DNA of 51,840 bases from contig CAWJKT010000021.1 in the NCBI GenBank assembly GCA_963843375.1, positions 1 to 51,840 of the forward strand, read 5' to 3'. A program made the position numbers and the translations under genes. Shown in pieces: positions 45,833 to 51,840 of the stretch (position 1 is the first letter of the stretch; the number at the start of each line of letters is the position of its first letter). The notes below the pieces were generated by a model, which was not told the DNA's origin, made no database searches, and worked only from the letters and a program-made list of their open reading frames with translations. This stretch comes from an uncultured Pseudomonadota bacterium. Its GTDB lineage: Bacteria > Oederibacteriota > Muellerivitia > Muellerivitales > Muellerivitaceae.

Positions 45833-46714
45833 ATGAGAAAATATAAATTCACAGGCGAAACCAAAATTGAGTTTGGCATTACCTTCAAGCGCATTCAATC
45901 CATTATGTCATTTGGGGTTATTAAAAAAGGCGAACTTGGCGGATGGATTGAGGATGAAAAAAACTTATCACCCGATGCTCAGGTGTCCGGGGATGCTTGG
46001 GTGTCCGGGAATGCTCGGGTGTCCGGGAATGCTCTGGTGTCCGGGGATGCTCAGGTGTCCGGGGATGCTTGGGTGTCCGGGAATGCTCGGGTGTCCGGGG
46101 ATGCTTGGGTGTCCGGGAATGCTCGGGTGTCCGGGAATGCTCAGGTGTCCGGGAATGCTCTGGTGTCCGGGGATGCTCAGGTGTCCGGGGATGCTTGGGT
46201 GTCCGGGAATGCTCGGGTGTCCGGGAATGCTCTGGTGTCCGGGAATGCTCAGGTGTCCGGGAATGCTCGGGTGTCCGGGGATGCTCGGGTGTCCGTGAAT
46301 GCTCTGGTGTCCGGGAATGCTTGGGTGTACGGCCAAGTTCACCTAAAATTTGGACTGTTTACTTCCGATTGCAAAGCAGACTTACGCTCCACAATTGCAG
46401 CCTCTCTCAATGTCTTTCCGTTGGAAGGCGCTTACACACTTTACAAGCGCGTAAAAAAAACAGCACCTTCCGAATATGTGAGTTGCTATGACTCAACCTT
46501 CACTTACAGGGACGGCGAAAAGAAAATGGCTAGGAACCCGGATATGGATTGGGCAGCTTCGTGTTCTTCTGGGCTCCATGCGTCCACACCATCTTATACC
46601 ACCGAGGGCGATACGCTTATCGCGGTGAAAGTCGAACTGACCGATATCATCACATGTCAGGAAGGGAAAGTACGCTGCAAAGCCTTGACTGTCATTGGAG
46701 AAGTCAAATCCTAA
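45833..46714 (+). CDS. Hexapeptide-repeat (left-handed beta-helix-like) protein with C-terminal phage domain
   Basis: KKGELGGWIEDEKNLS followed by VSGNAR/VSGDAW repeats; C-terminal CSSGLH...GKVRC; RBS GGAGG. Confidence 0.85.
   Translation: MRKYKFTGETKIEFGITFKRIQSIMSFGVIKKGELGGWIEDEKNLSPDAQVSGDAWVSGNARVSGNALVSGDAQVSGDAWVSGNARVSGDAWVSGNARVSGNAQVSGNALVSGDAQVSGDAWVSGNARVSGNALVSGNAQVSGNARVSGDARVSVNALVSGNAWVYGQVHLKFGLFTSDCKADLRSTIAASLNVFPLEGAYTLYKRVKKTAPSEYVSCYDSTFTYRDGEKKMARNPDMDWAASCSSGLHASTPSYTTEGDTLIAVKVELTDIITCQEGKVRCKALTVIGEVKS
45974..46333 (+). repeat. 18-bp coding tandem repeat, 20 units (RAT GCT YNG GTG TCC GGG)
   Basis: Directly visible. Confidence 0.97.
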
Positions 46715-46829
46715 CCCACCGGCCCAGGGCCAGAAAGGAAGCAAGAAGTGATAACAGACCCCTCAAAGGTCTTTGAATGGTTGGACAGAGCCGCCTTCTT
46801 TTGGTGGCTGTACTAGAAAGGAACAGATC

Positions 46830-47069
46830 ATGCCATTTTATGACATTGAATACCGGAGGCCGGTAGTCCAAGCCGCTATTTCCCAGGACAAGGTGATGGA
46901 AACCCCGTGGCGTTTGATTAAGCGATTCTACTCAGACCACGGGCAAGAAGCCGCAATGAAGGAGTTTAAAGAGCTACAGGTGGACTTCATGGGCCGTGAC
47001 CTGGAAATTAAATCCATTCAGGAGAGCGCCGAACTTACGCCACTTGAAGAATTCGGGGCCATGCTTTAA
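46830..47069 (+). CDS. Hypothetical protein
   Basis: RBS AAGGA before in-frame ATG 46830. Confidence 0.6.
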   Translation: MPFYDIEYRRPVVQAAISQDKVMETPWRLIKRFYSDHGQEAAMKEFKELQVDFMGRDLEIKSIQESAELTPLEEFGAML

Positions 47070-47077
47070 AAAACGCT

Positions 47078-47107
47078 TGTAATGTGATTATGTTGTAATA
47101 ACATAAT
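47078..47107 (+). promoter_or_regulatory. Putative promoter with palindromic operator
   Basis: TTGTAA-18-CATAAT; ATTATGTT-5 nt-AACATAAT inverted repeat at 47087-47107. Confidence 0.6.
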
Positions 47108-47141
47108 GATGTTGCTGTTAATAAAAAAAGGAGATTGCCGT

Positions 47142-47645
47142 ATGCCAAATGATTTGCAAGTCAAAGAGATTTTGCTTTCCGAGGGCGAAATCTTCCAGCC
47201 AATATCCGACGATCAGTTCAGGGCACTCCCCTTGAACGATGCGGCTTCGGTTTTGGTGAAGGTCAAGCAGCTACAAGATTTTTTTAGGAAACTTTATCAA
47301 ATGTGGGAACCATTAGTTAGGGGCCGGATGGACGCTGCACGTTCAGATACAACCCAGATTAATCAAGTGGACGTTGGCAATGGCGTAAAGCTTCACCTTG
47401 GGGCCGGTAAAACGGACAATGATTTGAGTCAAGCAGAGATAGAAATTTTCTATGGGCAATTTCTTGGAATAGATGATGAAGGTGCCCATTTGTGTTTTGA
47501 GAAGATTCACCGCATCAATAAGGCAGAGATAAATAAGCTCCGCAAGATCAAAGGTGAGGAGGGTTCGATGGAACGCAAACGCTCGGAACTCATCGAAAGA
47601 GTCTATAATCCTCAGCCTAAAAAACTAGAAATTAAGGGAGCCTGA
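47142..47645 (+). CDS. Hypothetical protein upstream of the Sak4-like ATPase
   Basis: RBS AAGGAG before ATG 47142; helical N-half. Confidence 0.75.
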   Translation: MPNDLQVKEILLSEGEIFQPISDDQFRALPLNDAASVLVKVKQLQDFFRKLYQMWEPLVRGRMDAARSDTTQINQVDVGNGVKLHLGAGKTDNDLSQAEIEIFYGQFLGIDDEGAHLCFEKIHRINKAEINKLRKIKGEEGSMERKRSELIERVYNPQPKKLEIKGA

Positions 47646-47647
47646 CA

Positions 47648-48595
47648 ATGCCATTTGAAATCAAAAAAGCAGAACGAAAAGACGCAAGAATTAAGATAGC
47701 CCTATTTGGCCCTCCGGGGTCAGGTAAAACAATGTCAGCTTTGAAGCTGGCCCGTGGCCTTTGCGATAAGTGGGAGGAAATCTGCGTCATAGATACGGAA
47801 AACAATTCGGCTTCACTTTATGCGGACTTGGGGCCTTTCAACGTGATTGAAATGGAGGCACCTTATTCTCCAAAACGATACGTTGAGGCTATCAACCAAG
47901 CGGTAAAAGACCATAACATCAAAGTTATCATCGTTGATAGCGCTTCTCATGAATGGAATGGCCCCGGCGGATGTCTTGAAATGGTGGATGCCTTCGGGGA
48001 TTGGAAAACAGTAACCCCGTTGCATAATGAATTTATTGGGGCCATTACCGGTAGTCCCAAGTTCGTCATCGGTTGTATGCGCTCCAAAATGGAGTATGTC
48101 ATCACGGACATTGAGAAGAACGGCAAGAAAACAATTAAAGTGGAAAAAATTGGCCTCAAGGCCGAACAGCGCGAAAATGCACCTTATGAGTTTGGATTGA
48201 CGTTTGTCATGGATTCAAAAACGATGGCCCATTTGGACAAGGACCGGACAAATCTTTTTAACGGGATTGCGCCTTTCCAAATAGATGAATCCACGGGAAA
48301 GAAAATACGGGAATGGAATGAATCTGGCAAGGTAATGACCGAAAGAGAAAAATTCCGTCTTCAACTTTCAAAGAAGCCTATTAAGTTGGCTTCCTTGGAT
48401 GAACAAAAGAAAGTCAAGGAATTGCCGGATGATGTCAAGGCGGCCCTCAAAGAAAAGGGTTACGAAACTATCGGAGAGGTGGCTGATTATTACCGCTCAA
48501 GAGATTGGGATTCCGAGTCCATAAAGTTTGAATTGGGCCTTATTAATGAAATGCCAGTTTTGGAAACTATCGGAAATAAAGAAGTGGAATTTTAA
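47648..48595 (+). CDS. AAA_24 / Sak4-like ATPase (second copy)
   Basis: Protein identical to 399..1346. Confidence 0.85.
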   Translation: MPFEIKKAERKDARIKIALFGPPGSGKTMSALKLARGLCDKWEEICVIDTENNSASLYADLGPFNVIEMEAPYSPKRYVEAINQAVKDHNIKVIIVDSASHEWNGPGGCLEMVDAFGDWKTVTPLHNEFIGAITGSPKFVIGCMRSKMEYVITDIEKNGKKTIKVEKIGLKAEQRENAPYEFGLTFVMDSKTMAHLDKDRTNLFNGIAPFQIDESTGKKIREWNESGKVMTEREKFRLQLSKKPIKLASLDEQKKVKELPDDVKAALKEKGYETIGEVADYYRSRDWDSESIKFELGLINEMPVLETIGNKEVEF

Positions 48596-49025
48596 AAAAG
48601 AAAGAGAGAAAAAAGCCAATGGCAACCCAAGCAAAGAAGGTTAAGGATCCCCAGGACCGGACGGTAGGGGTCTCAGTGACACGGCCCAAACGCCTAGCCG
48701 AAAGCGTTGATAAGGTGATCCGGGCAATGGCGGTGGAACTCAATCTGGACATCAACCATTCCCAGGTGGTTTGTGCCCTGGAAGAACTGATGTTGGAAAA
48801 CCCCAAGGTTTACCAGATGGTTTGCCTTTGGCTGAAGGCCACGTCTTAAAGATGCTTGATTTTCGATTTAAAAGGGATTAGGTTATGAACAATTCAACTC
48901 TTGCGGCTACCAAGAGCGGCATTAAAGCCCGACGTGGGTGCCAGCCCTGGGAACGTTAAAACGAACTCGGGGGTAGCCCTGGCCCCTTCGCCGGGTTTTT
49001 TATTTTCGGAGCAAAAAGGCGGTCT

Positions 49026-49529
49026 ATGAAATGGTACGGAAGGGAAGCCAATAATCGTTATGACCCGAAAATGGTCAAACTTTTCGATAGGTACAAATGC
49101 GAGGGATGGACGGTTTACTGGACGGTGCTGGACATGATCGCTGAGAAATTGGATGCCAACCACTACACTTTTTGCCTTGAAGAAGAAACCCAATATATAT
49201 CAAAGTTCCTGGAATTGACCATTGAAAAGGTGGACGCAATCCTGAACTACTGTGTAGAACTTGGACTTCTAGACCGGGAGCCTCAATCCAAGCAAATAAG
49301 GTGCCTTAAAATCATGTCCCGACTGGATGATACCACTTCCAGAATCCCTGAAATTCGAAACCTTATTAGGCAAGCCAAGCGCTTCGAAGAAACTTCGAAG
49401 TTACTTCGTGCACCTACATACGTACCTACTTACTTACCTACGGACTTACCGGCGGGGAAGATGTATCCATCCGCTGAAGAGCTATTTGAAATCGAACGCT
49501 TAAAAAGCCAAAACGGAAAAACTGCATGA
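49026..49529 (+). CDS. Putative replication initiator (second copy)
   Basis: One amino-acid difference from 1777..2280. Confidence 0.7.
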   Translation: MKWYGREANNRYDPKMVKLFDRYKCEGWTVYWTVLDMIAEKLDANHYTFCLEEETQYISKFLELTIEKVDAILNYCVELGLLDREPQSKQIRCLKIMSRLDDTTSRIPEIRNLIRQAKRFEETSKLLRAPTYVPTYLPTDLPAGKMYPSAEELFEIERLKSQNGKTA

Positions 49530-49678
49530 ATAATTCGGACATCGTGCGCCTAAAGAACCTAGAACAAGCAGTTCTGGAATTAGGAAAACGGGTAAAAGAT
49601 TTAGAAAATAAGGTAAACCCAGCTTGGTTGAAAAATGCCTTAGATCTCAGTAAACCGAATAGTAGGAAAAAACGATGA
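49526..49678 (+). CDS. 50-aa coiled-coil protein, intact only in the second copy
   Basis: MNNSDIVRLKNLEQAVLELGKRVKDLENK...; ATGA-coupled at both ends; copy 1 (2277-2430) has a 1-nt insertion. Confidence 0.65.
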   Translation: MNNSDIVRLKNLEQAVLELGKRVKDLENKVNPAWLKNALDLSKPNSRKKR

Positions 49679-51840
49679 ATTCAACGATTCCAAAATCCAT
49701 TTTAAAATGCCCTCATTGCCGGGGTCCATACCTCCGCCACCACTACCGGCTTCACATTCGGGGAGTCAGAATAATTGACGGAAAGGCCATTTGCCCGGCC
49801 ATGAAAGACCACCCTAATTATCACCGCCGGGACGTTAATTTGAAGCTTAAGGGTAAGGCGTTTTGGAGATTGGGGGCCCTATGATCCTTCTTGAATACCC
49901 AGCGGAAATGAACCTGCCTCAACGTGAAGCTGATGAATCGCATGGCCGGTTTGAGTTTGGAGGCCAGCTTTTTACCTTGGGTTACCATTGCGGTAACTGC
50001 GGGGAAGTCCATGAGGTGGTCTTTGGATTTGACAGGCTTCAACCGCATGATGATGGGGCTAGGAAGGTTTACAAGTTCGGGGGTATAGCGGTATGAGGGT
50101 TATTGATTGGTGTCTGAGGGCAAAACGTTTATTTCTGGATTAAATGCCAAGGGCCATGGCTTTATGGATGGCGTAAAAACTACTTGAGAAAGGAGCTTAA
50201 ATTCTATGTCAGAAAATGATGACTTCAAACCCCCAGTCCTGCGTCTTGGCAAGAACACCAAAACGGTCATCGGCGGCTTCAAACCAAAGACCGGGACTCT
50301 CAAGTGGGCAACCTTCGGGGTAAAGGACTCGGAGAAGACCAAACAGAAGCGAATGAGCCGGAACGGAAATACCCACCGGGGGAAATTAAATAAACTCTTG
50401 CCGTTGGTGAAGCGGGTCATCTGCCAAGAGTACGTGAGCCAGAACGGTGGGGAAGTTCGTAAGCTTGAAAAGTCCTTCGACTTGGAGCACATTCACGGCA
50501 AGGACGGAATGCACGGGGGAATCCCGGCGGTCATAAGCCCGATCAACTTACAGCTTTTAGACCGCAAAACGCATATCTTGAAAACGGACGGGCTTGAAAT
50601 CTCCAGCCACTTCGACGGACGGGATAAGGTCATCCAAGCCCGGTTAACCGAACTAGCGGAAAGAATTCGAAGGAAAGCGGGAATCAATCCAAATTGGAAG
50701 GATTACAAGGCGGCCTATGAAAGCGAGGTTTACGACGAATGAGAACCTACGGGGAATTATGCAAGGCCCTTGGAATCAAAGATCCTCCCGCTAAAAAGTA
50801 TTCAACCCATGAATATCGAACCGAATATTGGAGGAACTACTATCAAGACCACAAGAACGATCCGGGAGTTATAGAAAAAAAGAGGGCAGCATGGCGAAAG
50901 TGGAATCAAAAGCAAAAGCGCCAAAACTAGTCGAGGCCTTTATCAACTGGGAAACCAATTTACGGGAAGGCCTGAATTACGGAACGGTAAAAATTCTTTC
51001 TGCGGATGGAATGGTTTGGGAAGTAGCGGTTTTCCGGGGCAAGGATGAGGGCCCTATCCTAGGATGGGGAAAGCCAAGAAGGCGCCAACACCTGGAGGCC
51101 TTGAAGAAAGATTACGGAAAGGACTTGGCGGGAATGGCCGAAACATGGCGGACCATGATTTTCAACCAGGACAAAGGATACGAATTGGAAAGCCTTTTAT
51201 TCCTGGAACAGATTAAAAAGATGTTGCAATAACACAAAAACATAGTATTGTAGAACACATGGAACAGCAACAAGTCAGGCCACAATTTAACGATCTCACT
51301 GACCGCATCGAACGTTGCAGGCATTCATGGCCAGTGGATATCGCCATCTGCCCGAAATGCGAGTGGGAAGAAGAAGTGGCCCGGCTTGGAGCGAATCCAA
51401 AAATAGACAATGGAGAAATTGGCGAATGGGCAGAAAACGCAAAACAGAGGACAGTTCTACCGAACCAACCCTAAAGCTAGTCACTAAAGAACAAGTTCCG
51501 GAAAAGGAATGGATTAACTTCGAATGCCCGAAAGGCCATCAAGAAGCAATGCCGGCCGAAGTCAACCCACTCTGTGGTCATAAGGATTGCAACTATCGCC
51601 GCATAATGAAACCGCGCCGGACTTGTCCGAAATGCGAGGGAACCGGCCAGAAGTTTCCGGGGTCCGTTCGACCCTGTGTTTGTTGCTGGGGCAATGGAAC
51701 CGTGGCGCCGGAATTTACGCCGGAGGAATCTGAATAATGGGAAAAGATACGCGGATATCTTGGGCACATCACACTCAAAACTTTTGGATTGGTTGTACTA
51801 AGGTAAGCCCTGGTTGCGCCAATTGTTACGCCGAAGCCCA

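Larger units (their letters stand above)
47250..51840. repeat. Terminal direct repeat, copy 2 (duplicates the genes at 1-4610)
   Basis: Same ORF set (47648, 48619, 49026, 49675, 50206, 50739, 50828, 51259, 51315) with scattered substitutions and indels. Confidence 0.98.

Noticed and set aside
45867..46491. Alternative-frame repeat ORFs (CPGML, ECSGVR, GHPSIP)
   Set aside because: Shadows of the 18-bp repeat; only the VSGNAR frame has sensible flanking domains and an RBS
1..51840. Diversity-generating retroelement, retron or lysogeny module
   Set aside because: No reverse transcriptase, adenine-specific TR/VR pair, integrase, ParA or CI-like repressor was recognised

Overview
The window holds an apparently complete tailed-phage genome with a unit length of about 47,249 bp. 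Positions 1-4610 recur as a near-identical copy at 47250-51840. All credible genes are on the + strand. The early/middle region (about 45.3 kb to 47.2 kb, then 1 to 16.4 kb) encodes a Sak4-like ATPase, a replication-initiator-like protein, DUF5131, a DUF6745 pair, Lar-like and YopX proteins, a radical SAM enzyme, a short C5-methyltransferase, an ASCH-like protein and HNH nucleases. A contractile-tail morphogenesis operon of the DUF1073 portal / DUF2213 / DUF2184 capsid / DUF3383 sheath / Gp138 / baseplate-J type spans 17.2-38.2 kb. It is followed by a cassette of signal-peptide proteins, a GH108 lysis module and a papain-like protease. I saw no integrase, DNA polymerase or CRISPR array. The most notable observations are: (1) a complete NUMOD4-HNH endonuclease gene with its own RBS, overprinted inside an ASCH-like gene whose frame stays open; (2) two copies of a covarying tRNA-like non-coding RNA, plus other structured intergenic RNAs; (3) fibre-like and esterase proteins carrying Sec-type signal peptides; (4) an HNH that appears to have captured the 5' end of terS; (5) Ig/FN3-like modules on four core virion proteins. 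All family names come from motif recognition by eye; no database search was run.
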